From Azoarcus sp. KH32C (GTDB lineage Bacteria > Pseudomonadota > Gammaproteobacteria > Burkholderiales > Rhodocyclaceae), in contig NC_020516.1 in assembly GCF_000349945.1 (NCBI RefSeq), positions 2,870,311-2,934,310 of the forward strand: a DNA stretch of 64,000 bases. Direction: 5' to 3'. Shown here piece by piece: positions 51,048 to 60,425 of the stretch. A program made the translations under genes and the position numbers. Position 1 is the stretch's first letter. Every line of letters begins with the position of its first letter. The notes below the pieces were generated by a model, which was given only the letters and a program-made list of their open reading frames with translations, made no database searches and was not told where the DNA came from.

Positions 51048-51059
51048 CGGCCGCGCCGT

Positions 51060-52676
51060 TCAGCGCCGGAAGCGCGAGACCAGCTCGCGCAAGGTCCCGG
51101 CATGGTTGTGGACGTTGCTCGCCATCTCCTCTCCGCGCTGCGCGGCGTGAGTGTTGATGTCGCTCTTCTGAACCAGGCGCTCGACGTTCTCGGCGATCAG
51201 CGTGCTCGCCTTGGCCTGTTCGCGCGCTGCGTCCGACACGTCGATGAGGTTCCCCAGCGCCACGGACGCCGAGCGCTGCAACTCATCGAGCGGATCCTGC
51301 AGGTCGTGCATCAGTTTCACGCCGGACCCCAACTGCTGCGTGGCGTCATCCATCTGCTTGACGGCCGCTTCCGTCTGATCGCGGATCGCCTCGATCATGA
51401 CGTTGATCTCCGTCGTCGAAGAACTCGTCCGCTCCGCGAGTTTGCGCACTTCGTCGGCGACCACCGCGAAGCCGCGGCCCTGCTCGCCGGCCCGCGCGGC
51501 CTCGATGGCGGCATTGAGCGCCAGCAGGTTGGTCTGGCCGGCAATTTCGCGGATCACGTCGACGATGTGGCTGATCCGTTGCGAGGTTTCCTGCAGTCGA
51601 TGGATCGTATCGCCCGTTGCCGACACGTCGGCCGCGATCTTGTTGATCTCGGCCACGGCTTCGTCGACGAGCGACTTTCCGGTCTCCGCAACGCTCACCG
51701 TCCGCTCGGCGACCGTCCGCGCGTTTTCAGCGTTGTCCGACACATGCGTGATGCTCACGCTCATCTCCTCCACGGCCGCCGCGATCGCGTTCAGCGACTC
51801 GCTCTGCTCCTGCACGCAGCGCGTGATCTCCGCAGCGGCCGACGACATCCCGCCCGCGGAGTCGCCCAGCGCGTCCGCACTGCCCGCCATGCTGCCGATG
51901 ATGCGCCGCAGGTTTTCCTGCATGCGTTGCAGCGACCGCAGCAGGTCGCCGATCTCGTCGCGGCCGGCCGAAGCGAATTGCGCGCCGAGGTCGCCGCCGG
52001 CAATGCGTTCGGCGACGACCGAGGCCTCGCGAACGGGACGCGCGATGCTGCGGGCCATCAGGAACGCGCTCACCGCAGCCCCGGCAAGCGCGAGCACCAG
52101 CGTCGTGGCGACCACCAGCCGCGCCTGGGAATATGCGGCCGCGGCATTGTCATAGTCGGACTTGCTGATCCGCTGTTCGGCCTGCACGAGCTCGTCGGTC
52201 AGCGAGTCGAGAACCTTGAAATAGTCGTCCGCCGTCTGCAGCGCGGAGCGCCCCATGTTGATGTCGCTGTCCGCAAGGTCGATCGCCTGGGAGACGCTCT
52301 TGCGGTACTTGGCGATCTGCGCAGCGATCTTTTCTCCAAGCGCCCTTTCATCGGCAGCAAGGTCCGGCTTCGCCATCCAGGTGTCGAACTTCGCGACAAC
52401 CCGCCCGAGTTCATCATCCGCCGCCTTGCCATCCTTCTGCAGCTGCGGCGAGCCGGAAAGATCCGCCCACATCAGCAAACGGTATGCACGGGCGTGACTC
52501 TCGAGGACGTCGGACCTGACTTCCTCCGCGGTCTGGAGGTATTGCTGTCGGACGTTGAACAGATCGTCGAGAACCTCGCGCTGGGTGCTCATCGTCAAAT
52601 GGCCGGCGACGGCCAGCAACAACAGAAAAACCAAGGTGATCGCCGGCGCCACCAGAGCTTTCTGGTACAGGTTCAT
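51060..52676 (-). CDS. methyl-accepting chemotaxis protein
   Basis: 538 aa. Two TM segments, HAMP domain and the highly conserved MCP signalling hairpin (…[20 protein letters not shown]…). Confidence 0.9.
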   Translation of the reverse strand: MNLYQKALVAPAITLVFLLLLAVAGHLTMSTQREVLDDLFNVRQQYLQTAEEVRSDVLESHARAYRLLMWADLSGSPQLQKDGKAADDELGRVVAKFDTWMAKPDLAADERALGEKIAAQIAKYRKSVSQAIDLADSDINMGRSALQTADDYFKVLDSLTDELVQAEQRISKSDYDNAAAAYSQARLVVATTLVLALAGAAVSAFLMARSIARPVREASVVAERIAGGDLGAQFASAGRDEIGDLLRSLQRMQENLRRIIGSMAGSADALGDSAGGMSSAAAEITRCVQEQSESLNAIAAAVEEMSVSITHVSDNAENARTVAERTVSVAETGKSLVDEAVAEINKIAADVSATGDTIHRLQETSQRISHIVDVIREIAGQTNLLALNAAIEAARAGEQGRGFAVVADEVRKLAERTSSSTTEINVMIEAIRDQTEAAVKQMDDATQQLGSGVKLMHDLQDPLDELQRSASVALGNLIDVSDAAREQAKASTLIAENVERLVQKSDINTHAAQRGEEMASNVHNHAGTLRELVSRFRR

Positions 52677-52760
52677 GGCGCATCCTCGAAGGAAGGTCGT
52701 GTGTGTGCTCCGTGCCGGCCCCTTGCAGCGCCGGCACGCGACAGGTCGAAGGAAGCCGCT

Positions 52761-53210
52761 TCAGCGCTTGTAGATGCCGGCGCAGACGACCGTGTCTTCA
52801 AGCTTCTCGCAATACATCTGCTTGGGAAGCACCTTCTTCGTGACAGGGTCGGTGAACTTGTAGTCCTGCCAGAACTTGCCCTTGCTCTGCGCGAGATCGA
52901 CACGCTCCTTGACGAAGAGCTTGCCGTCGGGGTCCTTCATGTCGATGAGATCCTTGCCGACCTGCTTCGCATTCTGGCCGTGGGCTAGCACCTTGCCCTG
53001 AAGGTCATAGACGACGGGATAAAGGTCCCGATCGACCCACTTCGGGTCCTTCGCGGTAATCTCGTCGTAAGTCGCCTGCTTGTTAGCCTTGATCGCCGAG
53101 ATTGCCTTCGTGACCATCGCTTCGGCGTCCTTCGCGGTCGCATATTCGCTTGCGATCGCCGTGTGTGCGGCAAGCAGAAGGCCGGTAGCCAGCAGTAGAG
53201 TGCGCCTCAT
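52761..53210 (-). CDS. periplasmic single-Cache (sCache_2-like) domain protein
   Basis: Start MRRTLLLATGLLLAAHTAIA (signal peptide) with GGAG RBS. ~150 aa with sCache-like pattern (…YPVVYDLQGKVLAHGQN…GKDLIDMKDPDGKLF…). Confidence 0.55.
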   Translation of the reverse strand: MRRTLLLATGLLLAAHTAIASEYATAKDAEAMVTKAISAIKANKQATYDEITAKDPKWVDRDLYPVVYDLQGKVLAHGQNAKQVGKDLIDMKDPDGKLFVKERVDLAQSKGKFWQDYKFTDPVTKKVLPKQMYCEKLEDTVVCAGIYKR

Positions 53211-53323
53211 CGTCGTTACTCCTTTGGGGTGGGAACGTCTTGTAGTTGTTTTCGGTAATCCGTTCCCCATTGTAGTGCGTCGAATATCGAATGCCGCCTT
53301 GTTAGGCACGTTCCGGGCGGCAC

Positions 53324-54811
53324 ATGCGACTCGACTTCATCCGGGTCAAGTACGCGTCCAGCCGTCAGCGGATAATGTCGTGCTGCCTCCTCCGCGCCGG
53401 AACCGACGTGAACCTCTACGACCGCCTCGCCCTCGACATCGAACAACGCATCCGCGACGGCGTACTGCGCGCCGGTGAGCGCCTGCCCTCGGTGCGCAAG
53501 GCCTGCGAATCGCAGCGCCTGAGCCCCTCGACGGTCCTCAAGGCCTACTACCTGCTCGAAAGCCGCGGCCTGATCGAAGTTCGGCCGCAATCCGGCTACT
53601 ACGTCGGCCCCCGCGCCCTGGGCGCCCTCCCCGAGCCGCGGATGACGCACCCCGTCGGCGCCTCCACCGCACTGCAGGTCAGCGACTTCATCTTCGAGAT
53701 CCTCGAAGCGGTCAAGGACCCCGCCGTCGTACCGCTCGGATCGAGCTTCGCCAGCCCCTACCTCTATCCGCTCGACAAGCTCGGCCGTTTCCTCGCCGCC
53801 GCCGCGCGCCACATGGACCCGCGCGCCACCGTCACCGACCTGCCGCCCGGCAACGACGAACTGCGCCGCCAGATCGCGCTGCGCTACCTCGCCGGCGGCG
53901 TCGCCCTCGCACCCGGCGAAATCGTCATCACCACCGGCGCGATGGAAGCCCTCAACCTCTGCCTCGAAGCCGTCACCCAGCCCGGCGACCTCGTCGCGGT
54001 CGAATCCCCCACCTTCCACGCCGGCCTGCAGATGATCGAACGGCGCGGCCTCAAGGTCATCGAGATCCCCACCCACCCGCGCGACGGCGTCAGCCTTGCC
54101 GCCCTCGCCGACGCGCTGCGCCACCACCCCGTCAAGGCCTGCCTGCTGATGCTCAACTTCCAGCATCCGATGGGCAGCCTCGTCCCGGACGACAACCGCC
54201 GCGCCCTCCTCGACCTTCTGCGCCACCACGACGTCCCGCTGATCGAAGACGACACCTACGCCGAACTCCACTTCGACCGCCACGCCCCGCTCGCCACCAA
54301 GGCCCTCGACAGCACCGGCCTCGTGCTCCACGTCTCCAGCTTCTCCAAAAGCCTCGCCCCCGGCTACCGCGTCGGCTGGGTCGCCGCCGGCCGCTACGCC
54401 CAGAAGATCCAGAGGCTGAAGCTCTCCGCGAGCCTCGCCACCACCATCCCAGTCCAGATCGCCATCGCCGACTTCCTCAAGCAAGGCGCCTTCGACACCC
54501 ACCTCCGCCGCCTGCGCAGCGCCCTCGAAGTCCAGGAAGCCGCGATGGCCGCGGCGATCGAACGCTACTTTCCCGCGGGCACCCGCCTCACCCGGCCGCG
54601 CGGCGGCTATTTCGTGTGGGTCGAACTACCCCCGAACTGCGACGCCCTCGCCCTCCATCGGCGCGCGCTGGATGAAGGGATCAGCCTTGCGCCGGGGCCG
54701 ATCTTTTCGGCGAAGCGGGAGTATGGGAACTGCATTCGGCTGAATTTCGGGCATCCGTGGACGGAGGAGATCGAGCGGGCGGTGAGGCGGTTGGGGGAGA
54801 TGTTGCGGTAA
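53324..54811 (+). CDS. MocR-like GntR-family regulator fused to an aminotransferase class-I/II domain
   Basis: N-terminal GntR wHTH (LYDRLALDIEQRIRDGVLRAGERLPSVRKACESQRLSPSTVLKAY) plus a ~350 aa PLP-aminotransferase-fold domain (SFSKSLAPGYRVGW). Confidence 0.85.
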   Translation: MRLDFIRVKYASSRQRIMSCCLLRAGTDVNLYDRLALDIEQRIRDGVLRAGERLPSVRKACESQRLSPSTVLKAYYLLESRGLIEVRPQSGYYVGPRALGALPEPRMTHPVGASTALQVSDFIFEILEAVKDPAVVPLGSSFASPYLYPLDKLGRFLAAAARHMDPRATVTDLPPGNDELRRQIALRYLAGGVALAPGEIVITTGAMEALNLCLEAVTQPGDLVAVESPTFHAGLQMIERRGLKVIEIPTHPRDGVSLAALADALRHHPVKACLLMLNFQHPMGSLVPDDNRRALLDLLRHHDVPLIEDDTYAELHFDRHAPLATKALDSTGLVLHVSSFSKSLAPGYRVGWVAAGRYAQKIQRLKLSASLATTIPVQIAIADFLKQGAFDTHLRRLRSALEVQEAAMAAAIERYFPAGTRLTRPRGGYFVWVELPPNCDALALHRRALDEGISLAPGPIFSAKREYGNCIRLNFGHPWTEEIERAVRRLGEMLR

Positions 54812-55200
54812 GGGATGCGTCGGTCGGCTACCTCGCCGCGTGGTCCCCGCCTCGGTCCGGGCAGCCAAGCGTTGTTGCCGTTGGTGTGCCACGCGAAGGA
54901 CCGCTCCATGAGACCCTCCGACGGGCGAATACGAACCACAAGAGGCGATTGATGTCCCCCCGAGGGGACATCCAAACCCCCTAGTAGTATGCTATGCAGT
55001 TGAAACGCCGCTTTTCAAGGATATCTATTCGCAGGAATACCATTCCCGGCCGCATCGGAAGCGTTGAACGGCAATCCAATCCGTGTGGATGTTTTGACAA
55101 TCCAGAGTTCGGTAGACTCGACGCGAAGTTGGGGCGTAAAACTGAATCCCGATAACAAAGTTAGAACTACATCATCTTAACCGTTGATCTGACACAGAAT

Positions 55201-56280
55201 ATGAATTCAATTCTTGTAACGGGACTAGCTATTGGTTCAGAGCCTGAAATTGACGCTTGCTCTGCCTGCAATTATGACTTGTCTTGGCTTTTCGAGCACC
55301 CATCCACATTGCTTTGGGCAGACAAGATTATCGTCACCGAAGGAATTAAGAACGCAATTGATGGTGAGTATTTTGCTCATGTAGACAAGCCGGAGTTTTC
55401 CAAGGGATTAAAGACAATTTTTGAAATTCTTCAGGATGCAGGCTTGCTCGATGTCAGGAAAGCGGCAAACGTCATTACCCCAACGGTGCGGGATTCACTT
55501 TATGAGCAGATTGAACTTGATCGAAAACTGATGTGCGAGGTCTTTCCTAAGGATACTAGGCTCGCCGCTGACTCTGGTGTCCCTGGTCAGTTTTTCGTCC
55601 ACGATTACGAGTACTGCACGCCAGCCTTGTGGTCTGTTTATGCGTCGCTTCATTTAGCGGACACGTGGGACACAAACGTTCTCTTCTCGCCGAACGTATA
55701 CAACTATCTTCGATACAAATTCGGTTTGCAATCCGATCTCCTAAAGTCGGCCTCCCAACTCACCGCGTTCGAAAAAGTATTTTCTTCGTTTGTCCCGGAA
55801 ACCCCCCTTCTCCCTTCGTACTTTATCGACACCCAGTGTGGCACCTGCACGACCGAGAAAACTTGTCGGTCCAATGCGCTGCCCAATCTCGAGGCAAACT
55901 TGCGGAAGATTTTGGCGTGGCGGGATTACGACGAGTTTCATGAAATGCGAAAAGTTTTCGATGATCTTTCGAAGAAGCGCCGAGAATGCGTCGACCCCAC
56001 TGAACTGATAGCTGAATTTGAGCAGCGCGAATCTAAGCTTCAGCGCAGAATTAATGGCGTTTTTCCAAAGATCGAACGCTGGACAAACTTGGCGTCGGTT
56101 GTCGCAATCCCCGTTGCTCTAGGAGGCGTCACTTCCGGCTCGACTCTTCTTGCGTCATCTGCTGGAGCAATCGCGGGGCTGGCCGAGGTCTCTAAGAAAT
56201 ACATGGAGATCACGAAGAATCGCTATCGATGGCTTGGCTTCCGCAATAAGGCGGTAAAAGACGCAGCGTCGAAGAAGTAA
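55201..56280 (+). CDS. hypothetical protein (no recognisable domain; C-terminal hydrophobic segment)
   Basis: 359 aa ORF in a ~48% GC island. Cys cluster CSACNYD near the N-terminus. Predicted TM-like stretch WTNLASVVAIPVALGGVTSGSTLLASSAGAIAGLA near the C-terminus. Confidence 0.45.
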   Translation: MNSILVTGLAIGSEPEIDACSACNYDLSWLFEHPSTLLWADKIIVTEGIKNAIDGEYFAHVDKPEFSKGLKTIFEILQDAGLLDVRKAANVITPTVRDSLYEQIELDRKLMCEVFPKDTRLAADSGVPGQFFVHDYEYCTPALWSVYASLHLADTWDTNVLFSPNVYNYLRYKFGLQSDLLKSASQLTAFEKVFSSFVPETPLLPSYFIDTQCGTCTTEKTCRSNALPNLEANLRKILAWRDYDEFHEMRKVFDDLSKKRRECVDPTELIAEFEQRESKLQRRINGVFPKIERWTNLASVVAIPVALGGVTSGSTLLASSAGAIAGLAEVSKKYMEITKNRYRWLGFRNKAVKDAASKK

Positions 56281-56433
56281 TCGAGTGTGCGTGAGCAGTC
56301 GGGGACTCAAGGGGGCTTTTCTTGGCGTCATTCATTTCCGGTGTCTCCGATCTCGCGCTCGATTTCGATTCGTCGGTGGACGGGCAGGGGGAGTCCATTT
56401 CATCCCTTATGTGTCACAAGAGGTCCTAGCGTA

Positions 56434-57138
56434 ATGACATTCGAAGAGTGGCTCACTCATCAAGGACTGTCCCTGTCGTCGGTGAGCAAGTATGAAGCGG
56501 CGATTCGCGGCGCGATCAGCGAATGGGCAATGGACAACGACATTGTTGCCGGCCCTCTCACTTCAATTGTGAGTCCCTCAGCGTTTGGCGCCATAGCTGC
56601 GCGAGTCAGGGCTCTGCCGATTTACCAGGAACGGAATGAGCGCGGCCACAATATGTATAACAGTGCGCTTGCGAAGTTCGCAGAATACCTCTCCGAGTCG
56701 AAAGGTGGAGATCTTGAATCCGACGTCGATGACATTTTGCAGTCAAAAGAGGTCGGGGATACCGAGAAAGCTAACCTCATTAAGTCGAGAATCGGCCAGG
56801 GAACGTTCCGTCAGAAGGTCGTGGCTTACTGGGCTCGCTGTGCGGTAACCGGCTTCAAAGACCCAGCCTTTCTGGTTGCCTCGCATATTAAGCCTTGGCG
56901 AGCCTCAAAAAACTCCGAGCGATTGGACCCGTTCAACGGATTGCTGCTCTTGCCGAACATCGATAAAGCTTTTGATGGGGGCTACATTACGTTTGCTTCC
57001 GATGGGAAAATCATCATCTCCCCCCAACTCCCGGAGCCGTCGGTGCTCGGAATCTCCGAGGAAATGCATGTGACCCTCGACCGGCGCCATCAAGTCTTTA
57101 TGGATTTCCATCGATCTTCGGTCTTTCGCGCCACCTGA
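56434..57138 (+). CDS. HNH endonuclease (HNH_2 / PF13391-like) domain protein
   Basis: Start MTFEEWLTHQ with AAGAGGT RBS. C-terminal motif CAVTGFKDPAFLVASHIKPWRASKNSERLDPFNGLLLLPNIDKAFDGGYITF is the characteristic HNH_2 nuclease signature. Low-GC island. Confidence 0.7.
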   Translation: MTFEEWLTHQGLSLSSVSKYEAAIRGAISEWAMDNDIVAGPLTSIVSPSAFGAIAARVRALPIYQERNERGHNMYNSALAKFAEYLSESKGGDLESDVDDILQSKEVGDTEKANLIKSRIGQGTFRQKVVAYWARCAVTGFKDPAFLVASHIKPWRASKNSERLDPFNGLLLLPNIDKAFDGGYITFASDGKIIISPQLPEPSVLGISEEMHVTLDRRHQVFMDFHRSSVFRAT

Positions 57139-57245
57139 CATGACGTTGCAGCAGACGCCCGAAACCGGGGCGTTCTTCGAACAGGCCACGTGGTGCGGGC
57201 GGCCTGAATTTCACGTTAGCTTTTAACGGACGATCACTCGCCCCA

Positions 57246-58163
57246 ATGCATCCATTTCAGGTAATTCAAAAGCTTCATCCATCTGTTTCGGTACCACTGA
57301 CCTACCTGTTCGCGACAGTCGGATATATTTGGCGCTTCACGACAGGAACAAGTATCGGTGTTCTTATTCTCTCGGCCGCGGCATATTACGCAGCGAGCAC
57401 GTTTGGGAGCGTAAAGCCATTCAGCTTTGGTGAGCTGATAGTCTGGATCGCCGGCCTTTCCGACGAGCTGAAGGCTGCTGCACTAACATCGGTCCTCACC
57501 ATAACCGGATTTCTGATTGCATTTCATAGCTCAACGGCCTCGTGGAAAAAACAGGTTCAAAACCAATTGAAGCTTGACGCGGCGGTCGAGATCGAGGGGT
57601 TCTTCGCCGAGGTCTCGGCCCTGCTAATCGAGAGTAAGCTTTACGCTCAAAGCATTGTTGATGCGGTTATTCGCATACGTGAGTTGGGAGCAACTTCAGA
57701 AACGCAATACGAGCTACGCAGGATTGTCGAGGAAACGCCGAAGTTTCTTGATACGAGGCAGCGAATTTCGGCGTTGTCGGTTGGGGTTCACCGGCTGGCG
57801 GGCAAGAACCACACGCTGTTATCAACGGTTTGGGGTGGCCAAGAAGCCCTAGCGAACGCTATTGAAGCCTTTCAGGAAATTGCGGCGTGCACCTGGTTTC
57901 CAACTCCCTATGTGGACTGCGCGGATGAACGGTATATCGACATATTTGTCTCACAGGTCGACATAACAAAATGCGCTACCTTTATCGAAACAAGCGACGC
58001 GAAGGGGTTGTACATGAACGCGGTTACCGGTGGTCTCCGTGGCATCCTGATTGCCCCAGTCATGGAATTGAATCTTTCAGCGCTATGCAATTTGGCTAAG
58101 CATCGGCGGGTGATGGGCAAGGCATTTGGAGTAATCAGGGATGGTGGTCGAGGCCATGGTTAG
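57246..58163 (+). CDS. hypothetical membrane protein
   Basis: 305 aa. Three N-terminal TM segments followed by a soluble alpha-helical domain with no recognised family. Low-GC island. Confidence 0.4.
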   Translation: MHPFQVIQKLHPSVSVPLTYLFATVGYIWRFTTGTSIGVLILSAAAYYAASTFGSVKPFSFGELIVWIAGLSDELKAAALTSVLTITGFLIAFHSSTASWKKQVQNQLKLDAAVEIEGFFAEVSALLIESKLYAQSIVDAVIRIRELGATSETQYELRRIVEETPKFLDTRQRISALSVGVHRLAGKNHTLLSTVWGGQEALANAIEAFQEIAACTWFPTPYVDCADERYIDIFVSQVDITKCATFIETSDAKGLYMNAVTGGLRGILIAPVMELNLSALCNLAKHRRVMGKAFGVIRDGGRGHG

Positions 58164-58199
58164 CGGTTTAGTGACCCCCTGAACTATCATGGAAAATAA

Positions 58200-59141
58200 T
58201 CACCCCTTCCCGTTAAACCGCCGATAAGTCTCCGACGGCAACTCCCCAAATAACTGCTTGTAGTCCCGCGAAAAATGCCCGAAGTGCCAGAAGCCCCAAT
58301 AGGTGGCGGCTTCGGAGACGGAGGCGCAGGTCCGTAGCATGCGGCGGACGCCGTTGAGTCTGACCATCCTGAGAAAGGCGATCGGGTTGAGGTTCAGGAC
58401 GTCCTGGAAGCAGTATTGCAGGGTGCGGCGGCTGACGCCGATGGCCTTGCAGACGTCGAGGATGGAGGTCGGGGATTCGGGGCGGCTGAGGATGAAGTCT
58501 CGGGCGCGGGCGACGATTTGCCAGCGTTTGGACAGGGAGATCAGTTCGCCTTCGGGGTGAGCGTCGTCGACCAGTAGCTCGGTGACGTTGGAGACGACCG
58601 AGTCGCGCAGCGAGCGCTGGAGCGGCGCGTTGTCCATGAGGCGCGGAGCGCTCTCCAGCATTTCGAAGAAGCCGCGCAGGAATTCGCGCATTACCGCGAT
58701 CTTGCTCGCCTGTGCGACGCTGAGGTGCGGGCGGTCGAGCGAGGTTTCGAGCGAGGCCGCTTCGTCGTCGGACAGCGCGGAAAGTACCTGGTCACGGGAG
58801 ATGACCACGCCGCCCATGACGAGATCGGCGGGAGAATAAAATTCGAACCCGCCGTCGCCGGAAAAGTGGTGCACCGTGGTGTTGTTGGTTATTGCGCCGC
58901 AAAAAACTCCCGACCCGGAAAGCTGCAATGGCACGCCCAGGGCGACGACGGCGTCGCTTAATTCCCCACTCTGAAAGAGGCCTTTGCTGGTGTATTCGAC
59001 GAATAGGTGCACGTCGTCGAATCGGACTTCGGTATAGGTGCCGGTAAAGCGTCCGGGCGACATTTGGGCATATGTCTGATGCCATCCGCGCAATCTCGCG
59101 GCCTGCTCGTCGACGTCTTGGCTGGCAATGAATTGAAACAT
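58200..59141 (-). CDS. AraC-family transcriptional regulator
   Basis: 313 aa. C-terminal dual HTH_18 (…ILDVCKAIGVSRRTLQYCFQDVLNLNPIAFLRMVRLNGVRRML…WGFWHFGHFSRDYKQLFGELPSETY). Confidence 0.8.
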   Translation of the reverse strand: MFQFIASQDVDEQAARLRGWHQTYAQMSPGRFTGTYTEVRFDDVHLFVEYTSKGLFQSGELSDAVVALGVPLQLSGSGVFCGAITNNTTVHHFSGDGGFEFYSPADLVMGGVVISRDQVLSALSDDEAASLETSLDRPHLSVAQASKIAVMREFLRGFFEMLESAPRLMDNAPLQRSLRDSVVSNVTELLVDDAHPEGELISLSKRWQIVARARDFILSRPESPTSILDVCKAIGVSRRTLQYCFQDVLNLNPIAFLRMVRLNGVRRMLRTCASVSEAATYWGFWHFGHFSRDYKQLFGELPSETYRRFNGKG

Positions 59142-59510
59142 CCTTACCCCGTTGAGTCCCCATCAGGGTGGCCGATATTGCGGTGCAATGTGCCGCCTTG
59201 TGGTCGGCGCAATTGCCGCGGCGTGTGTAGAGAATAGCCTAAAGGGAGGGTGATGTTGCAAGCCATTGGATCGCCCCTGTGAGTACGGCGTCTGTGGGCA
59301 AAATTTGCCAAATTTGGATAGTCGTGGATCGGCGGTTCTGATTGGTGGCCGCCCTACCCCGCGCCTATCGCCGAAGTCATAGGCTCGGAGCGCTTTCCGA
59401 GCCGATCTGAAAAATGCCGATATCGGATAGCGCGAAATCGCCGCGATTTTTAACTTACGTCTCACGCTGCGGCAGATGTCCTGGCGCAGGTGAGCACCGT
59501 AAGGGAATCT

Positions 59511-60398
59511 ATGGAAATCAAAAACACATTGCCTCGCACCAAGGGCATATCGGCGTTGATCTTGATTGGCCTTGCATTTCAGTTTTCGGGAGTCGCGGCG
59601 GCGGACGCGAACAAGGCGGACGATGCGGCCCCGTCCAGCATCACCGTGACCAGCTCGGCAACCTTGACCAACGACTATATCTGGCGTGGTCTGACGCAGA
59701 CCTTCGGCAAGCCGGCGCTTCAGCTTGGCGTCGAGATGCAGCACGAGTCCGGTCTGTATCTGGGAGGCTGGGGTTCGAACGTGACCGAACGGTGGATTCC
59801 CGGTGCGAATCTGGAGCTTGACGTCTACGGCGGGTTTCGCAAGCCGATCCCCGGCGTCGAAGATCTCGGCCTGGATGTGGGGATGATCTACGTCTACTAC
59901 CCGGGAGGCGACTACTCGAAGGCCCTGGATGGCAACACCTTCAAGGGTTCCAGCCCGAACACGCTGGAGGCCTACTTCGGGGTCACCTATAAATCAGTGT
60001 CGCTCAAGTATGGTCGGACACTGAGCAAATTCTACGGCTGGAACGAAAACAATTCGGCTCCAGGGGTCTTTTCGGCAACGGCGACTTCGGCTGGAGTCAC
60101 CGGCTCGACGCGGGGTTCGCAATACGTCGAGTTGAATGTGAATCATGAAATCGGCGACGGATGGACCGCCAACGGTCAATTCGGGCATCAATGGATTGCC
60201 CACAGCAAGGGGCTCGACTGGAGTTACTACCGCGTCGGCGTCACCAAATCCCTGCCCTCGAACTGGAGCGTCGGAATCGCCTACTCGCGCACGAACGAGC
60301 CGAAGGCGTTCGAAGACTACGCATCCCTGACGGGCAACGGAGACACCGTCGATGCGGCACGGCCACGATTGCTCGTGTCGGTGTCGCGGCAGTTCTAA
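59511..60398 (+). CDS. TIGR02001 (Gcw_chp) family putative outer-membrane beta-barrel protein
   Basis: Start at MEIKNTLPRTKGISALILIGLAFQFSGVAAA (signal peptide). Hallmark TNDYIWRGLTQT motif near the N-terminus. Alternating beta-strand pattern with C-terminal aromatic residue. Confidence 0.6.
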   Translation: MEIKNTLPRTKGISALILIGLAFQFSGVAAADANKADDAAPSSITVTSSATLTNDYIWRGLTQTFGKPALQLGVEMQHESGLYLGGWGSNVTERWIPGANLELDVYGGFRKPIPGVEDLGLDVGMIYVYYPGGDYSKALDGNTFKGSSPNTLEAYFGVTYKSVSLKYGRTLSKFYGWNENNSAPGVFSATATSAGVTGSTRGSQYVELNVNHEIGDGWTANGQFGHQWIAHSKGLDWSYYRVGVTKSLPSNWSVGIAYSRTNEPKAFEDYASLTGNGDTVDAARPRLLVSVSRQF

Positions 60399-60425
60399 GA
60401 AAGAATTGATGGAGGAGCACACAAA

